From Patellaria atrata CBS 101060 (Eukaryota), in NCBI GenBank assembly GCA_010093705.1, contig MU006095.1, positions 1,219,016 through 1,283,015 on the forward strand: a DNA stretch of 64,000 nucleotides. The letters are read 5' to 3'. This document shows positions 13,350 through 26,000 of this stretch, piece by piece (positions within the stretch are counted from its first letter, which is position 1; each line of letters opens with the position of its first letter). The notes beneath the pieces were generated by a model. That model saw only the letters and a program-made list of their open reading frames with translations. It was not told where the DNA came from and did not search any database. A program made the translations under genes and the position numbers.

Positions 13350-15537
13350 TGTGAAAAGAGCCCGCGTTAGGTGAGTGTTGGTGGAATTTTGTTGATGATT
13401 AGTATTCAAACTCCGTTGGAAGGAATTTGATTAATATTCCAAGCCGATCTCTGCAAGATTAGCGGGCAGGTTGTGAAACATATAAAGAAAAGGAAGGTCT
13501 CTTTTTCTAAAGGGATGGATTTGAATTTGCCTCGTCGTCAGCTAGCTCTGTTCTCTACATGTACCTGGGCTGTTTGCGACTCCTAATCTCTGACTGGACT
13601 GATAGCCAGCGCAAACCCCCAAGGCGACCCGACAACACACATGGCAGCATCCCGAACTGTGAAGAATTGAAGAAAGATACCGCGGCCTGGAAGAAAAATT
13701 GGAAGGAAGTGGCGGGGGCGCATCAATGCGTCTTGTGGTCCGTTGAGGAAGTCACATCCAAGGGGCATCACACATGCTCTTGCCAATCTGCCATACGACC
13801 GTCACTACTTCATCCAAACGCTGATCTTCAGAACGGAAGGAAAGCACAAAAGGAGGCAAGAACGACTGGGGACGAAGCTAGGGCTTTTCGCTCGAGGCTC
13901 TTGGCTTCCCCGGACGGGTACTGCATCCCTGATGTCCCTTCCGATCCTGGCCAATAGATGGGATGATTAACAATTAGCAAACTGATACTTTTACGCCAGC
14001 ACGGCCAGCCAAGAGATGCTCCGAGCGGGGGACGTTTCCCTGTCTGACATCCCCGGCTTTTGTATCTTTTGAAATCCTACCTTAACGTCAATTAATTAGG
14101 TCTCTTAAAGATGTCATTATACAGGCCTTGCCTACTCTACTGTAGTACCCTATTATCGTCTCACCAAAGCATCGGGATTGGTCAAGAGAAGGGAAGCAGT
14201 GGAACATGAGATGCGGATTACCATCTCTAGAAAACTACTCGAACCCAGGGGGTATGGAAATTCTGGGACTTCCATCCACCTTTCACCGCTCATCTCCATC
14301 AGCGACATTAATACTCGAGGTATCGGGTTGCATCAACAACCTTACGATGACGGTTCGAGGGATATCCGTAAAGAGCTTGGAACGTCCCTCTATCTCTACC
14401 ATGAACATTAGCAATCGCGTGCTCCGAAAGCTTTTTTCTTAGCAGCTATCCGAACAATTGAGGCGTCGAAATAGAACTTTTCATCCAGAATCGGCATTCA
14501 ACAATACTGGTTATACTCCCACCTTCTCCACGTTTTTGACCGACGCTAGAGAATCGGGTCGTTGGACCCATTTGACGCGCAGAATGTTTTGCGCTATTGT
14601 TAGTATTTGAGGGGTTAGTATCGGCGTACTGAACTACATCGAGGAAACATTCCGTTGTACAAATCCACGTCCTACGACCTAAGAGCATACTAGACCATAA
14701 TACTTTAACGCCATAAGTTACCGAAGAATATCGATCTGGGGTAGTCATATTTGGTCTATAGGGAGATCTGGTACCGAGGCAACGTCCGAATATTAACCTC
14801 AATTCTGGGACGAAGAGGAATCCAGCTACAAAACATGAACACCAGTAGCGTAGGATTTTACCATGCAGCTCTACAAGCAGTTGGGAACGAGCCAAAAACC
14901 TTGTGTGGGGCCCCGCGTTCTGGACGAGCGGCTTAGAAAATAGTGCAGTTTTTCAACTTCCCTCGGTCTAGGTGGACTAAATACTAGTATGATAGGCTGG
15001 TCTAATAGTAGGTTCATTACTTTAACTTTACCTCGGCGATCGGTTTATTCCGGTACGGATGTTTGAGCTAAACTGTGATACATGTTGAGGTTATATTCAC
15101 CAATAATTTAAGTCTAATCGCTCCACCATATGCTATTGTTATCAAGTCTAGATCCGTTTCCTTATACAAGTTGAGGTCTCCTTAGGAGTGTCAGTTCAAA
15201 GTCAGTATTTTCTAAACGTACGCCAGCACGCTTAGATGCGGCATCTGGCAGTGAGACATAAACCGATGGTATTCTTTCTTATATTACGAGGCTTCATCTC
15301 CTTATTTTATCATTCTACTTTGCAAAGGAGCCCATGTTAGCTTTCGCCAATGGAATAACTATCGGAATTGTCTTACTGTTTTCTACTTGTACCTATGCAA
15401 ATGAGGAACTTTCCTTCCTTGAGCATATGTTTGAAATCTCTTCTATCCTAGCTCGAGTCATTAAAGATCTTCTAGTCATCTAACGAAGAGTAGACACCCC
15501 AAGCGAGAGAGAGAGGGAAAAAAAAAACATTATTGAT

Positions 15538-15830
15538 TAACGCTGAGCACCGTTGACTGCAATCACGATTTTCTCAACTCGTAACCGTAATAGCTGTTCA
15601 TAGAAGGCTACTGCTTCATTCGTATCATCGACCCAACTTGATCAATGAGCTTCAGTAGCTCCCCTTCCTTGCACTTTTGACGAAACCTTAAAGCTCAAGT
15701 ACGAAAGCAGGTAATACCCCCAGAAAGAAAAGACATTAGATTCCGATGCCAGTTCTCCGTCTTAGGAACTCTCGAGTTTGGTGCATAACCCCTTCAAAAG
15801 CACCACAAATCCAAATTCCCGCACATGTCT
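15538..15830 (-). pseudogene. Possible decayed GNAT acetyltransferase fragment
   Basis: Minus-strand pieces in shifting frames: FVVLLKGLCTK / EFLRRRTGIG* (motif A-like R..G.G) / GRGATEAH*SSWVDDTNEAVAFYEQ (V...N..A..FY motif B-like), interrupted by stops. Confidence 0.3.
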
Positions 15831-16632
15831 CACTCTTGGGTCTCAAGGTAACTCTTCCCTAGCTTACTTCAATGACACACCGACATTGTCAAGTGCTGTG
15901 GAGAAGGTGATAAATGTGAAAACCGGATGGAATACGGACGGACCAGGAGAAAAGCAATTCTCACGCAATCCATAGTTGAGGACTATCAACCACCAGAGTA
16001 AGCACATCTTTACCGCTTCAAAGTCCAAGTCGAATGCTTTTTCCTTTGTTATTCGAACAGACTCTCTCCTCCGCGCCACTCACTAAGTTTCCATCATAGA
16101 TGGCTCGAATTTATTCAGTGTTTTTAAGCACAAATCTCTATTGCTCGATAGTTTCATCTCTGCATTTCAAGTCACACTGTTACTAAATATTCAGTATATG
16201 ATATGTGGCTCGAGAACGGGACGAGTGAGGCTTTGAAAAATAATTTTCAGTTATGAATACATCCCTGCACTGGTACTTCACTGATACTTATACTTAAGGT
16301 TAGGAGTCCAATTAGTTACTCAAGGACGAGTGAATAATAGAACTAGCTACTTGGTAAAGTCGAAGTTTTTTTTTTGTTTTTTTTTTTAATAAATATAAAG
16401 GTGTTACTTTGTAGGTTCGAGAGCACACTAGGACTTTCCCAAAAGGGTCGTGCCTCGGCACCTTGGTAGAAAGTAGTTGACGTCAGCTGGACGGCATGCC
16501 TGGGGCCGCGTTGTGAATAATCTTATGTTTTAACAACACTTGCTCGCGTGCTGTTATAAATTTCTTTTAGCGTCATTTCGTATTCCCTTTTCTTTTCTAC
16601 TCAGTTAGTTCTGTTTATCATACATTTCGAAC

Positions 16633-18192
16633 ATGGCGTGGTTATCAAAACTCAATCCCACTCCATCATTCCCTCCATATACTGGTCCGTACGATGTCGG
16701 ATCAGTAGATGTCGAAATACCCGCCACACAAATCACATCACCGAGTTTGACGCCTGAGAATGCTCCTGCAACTGTTGCATTCCGTATATTCTACCCATGC
16801 AGGAAGCCGACTTCTCCCACCAGGCCGGTCAGATGGATTCCCAACCCTCAGCGTGGTTTTGTGAGCGCTTTCGCACGGTTTCTAGGAGCCAACTCCTTGT
16901 TTGCCAATGCTATTTCGCATTTTCCCCAGTTGATATACCACGTCACTATACCCGTTCACCGTAATGCCGACATCCTTCCTGCACCAAACTCATCCAAACG
17001 ATGGCCTATGATGGTCTTCTCCCACGGTCTAGCAGGCTCTAGAAATACATACTCGCATATCTGCGGCAGCGTTGCTAGTCATGGCGTCGTTGTCGTAGCA
17101 GTTGACCACAGAGATGGTAGTGCCCCGGTCTCATATATTAGAGCTACAGAGAACACAAAAGCCACGACTGTAGAGTATATACAGATGGAGCATAACGATA
17201 CCCCGGAAGTCTTCTCGTGCCGCAATAAGCAATTGAAGATTCGATTGTGGGAGCTTGGTTTAGCACATGAAGCTCTCCTCAAAATCGACCAAGGGAGTGA
17301 AGGAATTCATAATCTGGATTCAAATAGTTTCCATCACCGGAAACATGATTCCAACGATGTACTTTCGAGGTTTGAAAATCAACTCGACGTCCATCGCCCA
17401 GGGGCAATCTGTTGGGCAGGCCATTCCTTTGGCGGATCCACCACAGTACAGTTTGTCAAATCCACATTTTGGCGACCTTCAGAGAAAGCGGAAGGGTACG
17501 AACCTCTCTTCGAGCCCGATCCGGACTCAGCTCTTGTCAAACAGATTACCCTGTCTTCACCCGTTGTTCTCCTGGATGTGTGGTGCCTACCTCTGATGAG
17601 CCCATCAACGAAATGGCTCTTCGACAAGCCACTCCCATGCTACGCTCCATCTGGACCTGGGGGTACCAATCTGCTATGTATCCTCAGTGACGCATTCTTC
17701 AAATGGCGCGCCCATCTAGAGAAGGTCAAGCATCTTCTCTCGGAAGATCCTTCCGTTGATAGCCCAAAGCAGACTAAACCTGGTCCTCACTTCTTCTACC
17801 CATCCCACTCCGCACATTTGTCGCAGTCTGATTTCGGCATTTTGTTCCCTTGGATTACCAAGAAAGCTCTCAAGGCAGAGGAACCAGAGCGAGTTCTCCG
17901 TCTTAACACTCGTGCAATTTGCCAGATACTTCGGAATACCGGCCTAGAGGTTGCAGATACCAGTGAGATTGATAGAGAGGAGCAGGAAGTAGAGAAGACC
18001 ATGTCAAAAGATGAGAGGGGCCAGGATTGGAAGATCCTCGCTAAAGATGGTGGTGTGAGAGGCTGGATTACCTTAGACACAAGGCTGGACTTGGAGGATG
18101 AGGGCAAGGACGGAAAGCTAACCAAAGAAATCTCCAAGGATCCAGCTGATATTGTTGGTGAGGGTGAGGCTATTGGAGATGTGAGGGCGTAG
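16633..18192 (+). CDS. Platelet-activating-factor acetylhydrolase (PAF-AH II)-like lipase
   Basis: Single 519-aa ORF with PPYTGPYDVG, VFSHGLAGSRNTYS, AVDHRDGSA, the nucleophile motif GHSFG, and HLSQSDF. Confidence 0.92.
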   Translation: MAWLSKLNPTPSFPPYTGPYDVGSVDVEIPATQITSPSLTPENAPATVAFRIFYPCRKPTSPTRPVRWIPNPQRGFVSAFARFLGANSLFANAISHFPQLIYHVTIPVHRNADILPAPNSSKRWPMMVFSHGLAGSRNTYSHICGSVASHGVVVVAVDHRDGSAPVSYIRATENTKATTVEYIQMEHNDTPEVFSCRNKQLKIRLWELGLAHEALLKIDQGSEGIHNLDSNSFHHRKHDSNDVLSRFENQLDVHRPGAICWAGHSFGGSTTVQFVKSTFWRPSEKAEGYEPLFEPDPDSALVKQITLSSPVVLLDVWCLPLMSPSTKWLFDKPLPCYAPSGPGGTNLLCILSDAFFKWRAHLEKVKHLLSEDPSVDSPKQTKPGPHFFYPSHSAHLSQSDFGILFPWITKKALKAEEPERVLRLNTRAICQILRNTGLEVADTSEIDREEQEVEKTMSKDERGQDWKILAKDGGVRGWITLDTRLDLEDEGKDGKLTKEISKDPADIVGEGEAIGDVRA

Positions 18193-18650
18193 AGTCGGGG
18201 GGATTCGACATTTCCAGGCGTACGGTATCAAGGTTAACGATATAATATTAGACTTGGGCATTTACATAGCGATGATGGACGCCACGTGGTGTCCCTTTCT
18301 GAACATTCCGTATAGAAGGGGTTCCACTTCTATACCATAGAAGTATATATATGCGAGTACCGGAATAGATACATGAGTTAGCGAACTTTTGGATGATTAA
18401 TATGGAGACTTATGAGACGTGCATGCGATCGTGCGTCTCAACTTTTGGGCGGGCATGACACTTGCGCTTCCTGACGTGGGCACGCGAACTAGTCCTACTG
18501 CGCAGTATCAAACGTACCCTACGGTATCTTTCTGTATCACTCGGAGGTCTAACTTCCCGCAACATATCGCTTTTTTCCTATGGGAGACGATTAAATACTG
18601 AGTTTCTCAAAGTACTACTTGTACCTTAGATCGTAATAAAGCCCTCCACA

Positions 18651-19976
18651 ATGGTGCGCCAACGCGCTACGTCAAATGCCTCAACGAACTCCTCCATGGG
18701 CGGTGCGCGGGATCAGGTATGTCCGTTATCTTAAGGCATTAATACAAAATACGCGCGTGTGTGCACATATATCTACAGAAACTGATCCGTACATGGTATC
18801 TAGGAGCTCGGGAGCATGTATGATTACTTAGCGAAGATTATCCTGCTGGGACCTAGTGGGTGTGGGAAGTATGGTCTCCCGCTACTCTAATACTCTACCA
18901 TGGGGGTGAGGGATATAGAGGAGGATGAATGAAGAAGACGTAACTGATTAGTATAGGTCGTGTCTTCTACATCGGTTCGTTAAGAACGAATGTGAGTGAT
19001 CGATATACTACCTCGCTGTCCTGTAAAGGATGAGGAAAACACAAGAGCTAATGCTGTCACCAAGGGCGCATCCTCTCCTCCCAGACAATCGGCGTCGAAT
19101 TCGCCAGCAAAGTCGTCAAAGTTGGTTCCGGCGCGCGAAGAAAACGAATCAAACTTCAAGTATGCCTACTATCATCCCTCTCCCATCCTTCTTCCCTCAC
19201 AATACCACCATACTCACCGGCCACTCTCCTAGCTCTGGGACACAGCAGGCACCGAACGCTTTCGCTCCGTCTCTCGGTCCTACTACCGCGGCGCCGCTGG
19301 CGCAATCCTCGTCTACGACATCGCCTCCCACGCCTCCTTCGCCGCGCTCCCCACCTTCCTAAACGACGTCCGCGCCCTCACTTCTCCTCAATTAACCCTC
19401 CTCCTAGCAGGTAACAAGACCGATCTCACCGAAGAGCAAACCACCAAGTCATACGAGCCAAGTCTGCTAGACGGGAGTCTGCCGACCCCAAGCAGTTTCG
19501 ACAGCAGACGGAGCACCTTCCCGCCCGAGAGCCTGAATTCCCGCGGCGGCAGTTTCGGCGGCCTGGGCATGCGCAATACGGCTACCGTCGCGCCCGAGGG
19601 CAGGGAGGTCTCCGCCGATATGGCGTCGCGCTGGGCCAGCGCGAATAATGTCCCCGTAGCTGTGGAGGTCTCGGCACTATCCGGGGAGAATGTGGATGAA
19701 CTGTTTTCGCGTCTGGCGAGGATGATCTTGACGAAGATTGAGCTGGGCGAAATCGATCCGGATGATCCGCAGAGCGGCATACAGTATGGAGATTCCGGGT
19801 GGGGTGTTGGTGGGGATGATGGGAGTGTGAAGAGCGGGATGACTGTTGAGGATGGAAGGGGCGTGAGGAGGAGGAAGGGGAGGAAAGGGGGGAATGGGTG
19901 GATTGGGGGTGTGCAGGAGTGGGAGGAGGTGTTTAGGTTAAGTGGGAGTGCAGGGCGGAGGAGGGGATGTTGTTGA
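18651..19976 (+). CDS. Rab GTPase, fungal Rab4/Ypt4-like; four introns
   Basis: YDYLAKIILLGPSGCGK|SCLLHRF, TIGVEF, LWDTAGTERFRSVSRSYYRGAAG, GNKTDL, EVSAL, and a C-terminal GCC prenylation motif. Confidence 0.9.
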
Positions 19977-20229
19977 TGAGAAGTCTGAGTTTTTGTTACG
20001 AAGGTGTTTTCCGCGTTGTTGCTGGAAAGCTGCCTGATGTGTAATGCATAATGAGTAATTTTTAATCAAGCCAAGCCCATATGTCGTGTGTCATTTCTGT
20101 TGAATCAGTCCTTCTCGCCGTTGAGATTGAGACTCGTACAGCTCCATATACTCTACACGTCTAATATAAGTTCTCATCGCTCCCCTGGGAGGTCACACAT
20201 TTTCGCCTCCCCTTCATCCATCTGCCCTT

Positions 20230-22355
20230 TCACCCCTCTCCCGCTTCATCTCCCTCCCCCTCGAAATCCTCATCAGCCCCATACGTCCGGACAACCCACA
20301 AGCAAAACTCCTCCCACTCCACCGCCCACTCCCTCATCCTCCTCGCCCTAACTCCCTTCCCCACGGCCCCCATCTTGACATCCCTTACCCATTCCGCATT
20401 CCCCTGATCCTCAAACGCTGCCCAACGGACCGAATTCTCGGCCAAGCTCCCCAGCCCCGCAAGCCCGAGGCTCTCCCAGCCCTGCAGCGCCTGCCAGAAA
20501 TCGTGGCTAGAGCCGCTGGTGCCGTGGCCGAGGATGGCGGGGTCGTCGTTGCTAAGGGCGCAGGGGACGCCAGCGGCGAGAAGCGCGGGGAGGGGGTGCG
20601 AGAGGATGCTCGCTGTGAGGCGGAGAACTTCGTTGGATATGGGGCAGGATTCGATCAGGATACGCTTTTCTTTCACCATAGTTATGAGCAGGGGATGTTT
20701 GTGGAGGGAGAAGCCGTGGCCGATGCGGCGCGTGCCGAGAAGGATGGCGTCGAAGAGGTTGTGGTCGGTGGGTGTGCCGGTGCCGAGGGTTTCGCCGGCG
20801 TGGAAGAAGAAGGGAATGTTGAGGGAGGTTTCGGCGGAGAGCTTTTTGAGGTAGAGGAGGGAGGGGAGGTGGGTGGAGAGGGGGTGGCCGGTGTCTTCTT
20901 GGCCGACGAGGTCGTAGCCGGCTATTAGGTGGGGGTATTGTTCTTTGAGATCGAGGAGGAGGTGGATGTCTTTGTGGGGGGTTAGTATGGACTAGAGAAG
21001 GGAGAATGGGGGATGGAAGACGTAAGGGACTGTATATGGAGTAGGGAGAAAGGGTGAGGTGAAGTTGATTATAGGGTTGAATAAGCGATTTGAAATGAAG
21101 AGAAACTATGCAAGAAAGAGAGGATAGTATGCGAATTTTCAAGGGATTGGGATAAGTAGTGTATGGTGAGTAAGTGAAACCTGTTCATATTTACAGAAAG
21201 GAGAAATAACTGCGGGTAAATGTGTGGGAGACTACTGTTCCACGGAGAATAGAGATGTTTATGATGAATGTTTGGTTCAACTCACGGTCTATGACACTCT
21301 TCTTATCCAAAAACCTGAGTGTGGTCCAAATAAACCGCGCACCCCAAAAGCCCTTCCCCTCTTCGGAAGCTTTAAAGTTCTCCAGTTCTTCTTCAAATAC
21401 TCGGAAGAACTCGAAATAACCTTCCTCGTCCTCTTCGGCTCCGAGTTTACGGTAAGGTTCTACAAAAGCGGAGCGCAAGTCCACCCATCTGATTCCATCG
21501 TCGAGCAACGACTTGAACATCTGACGCAGAAACTTGCGAAAGATGGGTTCGTAATGGGTGAGACTACCTAGTATGAGGAACGTCGAGGTAAATTTCTTCC
21601 AGACGTCGTTCAACCCATAGTGATGCTTCACGGACTCATCAGGGGTAATGGTACAACGATCCTTAACCCACTTCATGAAGCCTTCTTTACCTCCATCCGG
21701 GAAATTATTAGCAGCAGTGGTAATTGGTATTAAAGTGTCGGGCTGATACGACTCTGACCAGACATTTGCGGCATCTTGCGGAGTAGGCTTGCCGGTGTAC
21801 TTAAACTCGAACCTGACCTTATCACGGTCCCCTGCTGTTGCTAAAGGCCCAGAAGCTTTGATATGGATACCTTTAGTATTGAAAGCTTCCTCGAAGAGCC
21901 AATCAAGATCTACCATGGCAGGAAGATGGCAATGCAGTAAGGCCCCCTTCGGCATCCGGCGGATAATCTTCCACAGCTTGCTCTTCTCCATGCGTTCCTT
22001 TGCGAGACTGAACATCATGCCCGGGTACACGTCACCCTCTGCTTCCTGGAGACTGTCCTCGAACTCCCGCGTCCATAGTGTCTGTTGTTCCTCGAAACGA
22101 ATCTGGTCGACGATGGCACATGCTTCTTCTGCGATAGGAGAGAGGTTCTCGCGGAATATACGGTCTGAATGGGATATCAGACCTTACACTCATTTTGATA
22201 GTTCGAAATTGAGACAAACCACTTCTTTGCTTATCTTCTTCATGGATCAGGGCATCTCTTCCGGCAAAGTACTTCTGAATGAATTCATCTTTGAAACTGG
22301 GTACTCCAAGCTCTTCCTCCCATTGCGTATCTTCTTCGCTCTGTGATTGCTCCAT
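20230..22355 (-). CDS. Adenosine deaminase, ADGF/CECR1 (ADA2)-like; two introns
   Basis: MPKGALLHCHL, IAGYDLVGQED, FHAGET, RRIGHG, ESCPISNE and SNDDP metal/catalytic motifs are all present. Confidence 0.92.
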
Positions 22356-23042
22356 GTTGCTGTTTTGAGGATTTGAGAGATACTTCAGGTGTCTCTATTT
22401 CACATTGAGGGAATTATTAGTATTTATATCTTTCTGTTATTACAGTAAGCAACGCGGGACCACCCGAGATGTTGAGACTATGAAGTCACCCGCGGAAGTG
22501 CGGGCATGGGCCACGCGGGAGAGATCAAGGGTCCGGCTTCTTCAGTGGGGTTTGTCCTGACTCGTAACCCTCATCGGCGGCTTTCCCTTCTTAGTACTTG
22601 TAGTTCTACGGTGGGCCGAGAGTCGCCGCATGCCTATCATCGTGATTCGTGACCAGACGCCTCCGCCTGATACTTAGGCATTCAATATTCGTGCATCCAA
22701 CTGTATTCTTGCAACCTCATAAATACATGCTGTGAGCTACAGTGCTCATAACTCTCTCCGCTGAGTTAATCAGTCCAAGACTTCCACTCGTGCGTCTTAC
22801 CTCCGCGACATGTTGGACCTCAACAATAAAGTCATTCCTCGTTTCCAAAGATAACTCCGCAAATGAAGTTTCCTATCGTGAAGTCCGTGTCTCTATACTC
22901 CAAGGAAATATTTACACAACCCATACTTACGTATCTAGACCCTCTAGACAACTATTACTCCTCTCTACAAGCCTATGGATCTTCCCCGCTACGCGCCCTT
23001 CATCCGAACTTCTAGTCCGAGTAACCTCTGAGGTCTGGAAAT

Positions 23043-26000
23043 ATGTCATCGTTACTTTCATATCTCCCTTTGAAGCTCCCCAGATTTCTCCTACGTCATG
23101 TCTTGCTTCGATCTGGCCTTCTGGATACAAACACGATAGATGTAGACCGACTTGACTTTAAAGATGGCAGAGTAGTTTTGACTGACGTCCCCTTGCGTCT
23201 TGAGGTGAGAAATCGTAGGTTTATATACATTACTCAGTCCTGATTAATACCCGTTCTAGAAACTTGCCGCTCTCCTAAAATTCCCAGAGAAGCTTCAGCT
23301 GGAACAAGCCCGAGTCCTCGTTCTTCGAGTTACCGTCCCAATTTTCAATCCTCTTACCGAACGCACGATAGTAGAAGTAGAAGGTATAAAAGTTAGAATA
23401 CGACTGTTACCCGAAGATTGCATAGATAAAAACACGAATAATAAGGGCAAACACCCCAAGAGAGGCTCGCAGAGAAGGGCGAGTCCCCGCGGGATTGAAG
23501 AGGAGGATGAACTCCATATACCTACGTTAGAAGACGTAGCGGAGTCAATATACGATGAACAGCCTACATCAGAAAAGAGGAAGTTACAGGAAGTCTTTAA
23601 GTCGCAATACGAGTCTATGCATGAGTCTACGTTATCTGATGATGGCCAAGACGAGTATCCTGGTGGGACTGGCACTCCGCTGTCTGTACCTGACTTTATC
23701 GCAAACTATTTGAAGACTTTCGCCAAAGGATTAGCTGATCGGTTTGAGTTATCTGTACGCGGCATAGATGTTCAGCTTGACGTTGACTTACCCCCCGAAC
23801 ATCCCTCGGACAATGCAAGTCCCATATCCTCAGCCACATCCATAAACCTACATTTCGATGAACTTGGGCTTGAGAAAGCTTCCACGGGAAGTGCAACAGG
23901 CCACCATTCTCCAGAAACCTCGAAAGGTCTGAAAGTGCTTAAGAGGCCTGGAAAACGACAAGTCTATCTCCACAATTTTTCTGCGCAGTTGATATCGGAT
24001 GCTTCTCTTTTTGCAACACTTTCAAGAACGTCGAGTATTGCCTCACCAGTGGAAACTCACTCCAGTGGATCCAGTAGTCAACGACCGAGAAGCGAAGGTT
24101 CCGCTAGCCGAAGATCTAGTAGGAGTATCGAATCTACGGCTGAGCTCAAACAGGAAGTCCATCGAAGCGCTCTTCACGAATCTAAATCGTCAAGTGGAAG
24201 TGAGGTATACTCTGATGCGGCCGATCAGTCACCTCCATCTCCGCTTGCTTTGAAAGCGTCAAAGGCGTCTATCGCGACGGACGATGGTGATCGATTTGCA
24301 GACGCTGGCGATGATGAAGGTGAGAACCAGGATTTCTCCCACCCAAACGAGATCTTGCAGCATAGTACTCTTTCTGAGAGAGAGTTATACTCCAGTAGAG
24401 ACAGTATTCTTAGTGATTCCAATTACCTAGACTATGCTATCCAGAATGGTCTCTTCGAATCAACTCTGGGAGATCAAAACTTCAGCTCTTCACACCAATC
24501 AGTGAGTATGCAAGATAGTTCTACACTAGGTGTGGAACGGCTGCGTCAGGATCATAATATGCAAGAGTCTATCAGTGGATCTCAGCAGCTTCCAGTTGCA
24601 GACTCTCCTGCTGCGGGTAGTCCTCGTTCACATAGTCAAAGTCCTGAACCAATTACCTCACTATCAAAGTCTGATGAACACATACTACTGCATACGGATC
24701 CTAGATTACAAGAAGCAGGAACCGACAATATGGTCCAGGCACTGGAGGTCACTCGTGTACCTTCCAACGAGTCAAGCAATGCTTCGGATGAGACACCGAG
24801 CCCCATATCTGCGGAAGATTTATCTGAATCTAGGATATTCAGTCACGAGGAAGCCGAGAGTATGTATATGAGCGCAATGACCGATGTACAATCTGTTGAA
24901 AGTACTCCTCGTCTGAACATTCCGGGAGGTTGGGATTCCTCGAGCGAGAAAAGTGATAATTCCGATCATCAAAATGATAATCTACATGCTCAAACGCTAT
25001 CTATCGGAGCTTCTATGAAACTGACGGGTGCGATAGAGCATGGGGATGGCATCGAGACACCGCGGGCTAGAAGCCGTGCGACAAGTGATGCCCCGAGTTC
25101 TGCATCAAGTCTACCTACTGTGAACAAAGCTCATCTGCTAAATACGGAGAACACAAGTCCATCCCTAGCGTCTAAAATCTCAAAGCAGTTAATCAGTGGT
25201 GACAAGGTCTCCGTTTGGGTTCCTGATCATTTCTGGACAGGATATCTTAAAAAGGATCAACCGACGGAGGACGCTGAGAATCCTGATGAACGGTCGTCAC
25301 AATCGCCGAGTATGGAAGACTCGATATTGTTAGATTCATCTCACCAGAGCACATTGGGCTCATTTTCCCAGTATGCTCAGGTAGGTTCAACAGGTCACAG
25401 ACGCTGGAACTCGAACGACTCGAAACCTTCATCAAGGAAATTGCCATCAAAATCTTCACCTCAGGGCGACACATCGTCTCCAGTAGCTCCAACTGAAGGA
25501 ATCGAAGTTGATATTGGTGCCATACGCGGATATAGTGACATTTCCGCGGGCCGTATTGTAATGCAGATAGTCCAGCAAATTCAGTGTGCTTTTACCAGTT
25601 CCGGATCCGCACCTGTAGAGAAAACCCCCGAGTCCGATCAAACCGGCGGTGGACCGATGATCAGCGACATCAATATAAGTTATATCTGCTTTGCGCTCTT
25701 AGAACAGCTTAGGGGTTATGGCCTCGCGGTAAATCAAGACCCAGTCCCGCAGGATGTAGATCTAACAGACGACATCCTACTTCGAACCGACCTTAAGGGT
25801 ATCCGTATCCGCCCACAATTGGACTCGGATAATATTGTGGTTAGGGCAGATGTACGGCGGTTTACTTTTGGCCTCAAAGACGAGAATATACTCTCTTTTG
25901 ACGATACAATGAACGGATCCAAATCCGGGAGACCTGAGTCGGAACGTGGGAACGACATTGCGTTCGTTTACAAATTATCCCAAGGCATCCAAAAGGTCAA

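Noticed and set aside
14446..14895. 149-aa minus-strand ORF or possible RIP-decayed relic
   Set aside because: Non-ATG start and no recognisable motif in any frame I read.
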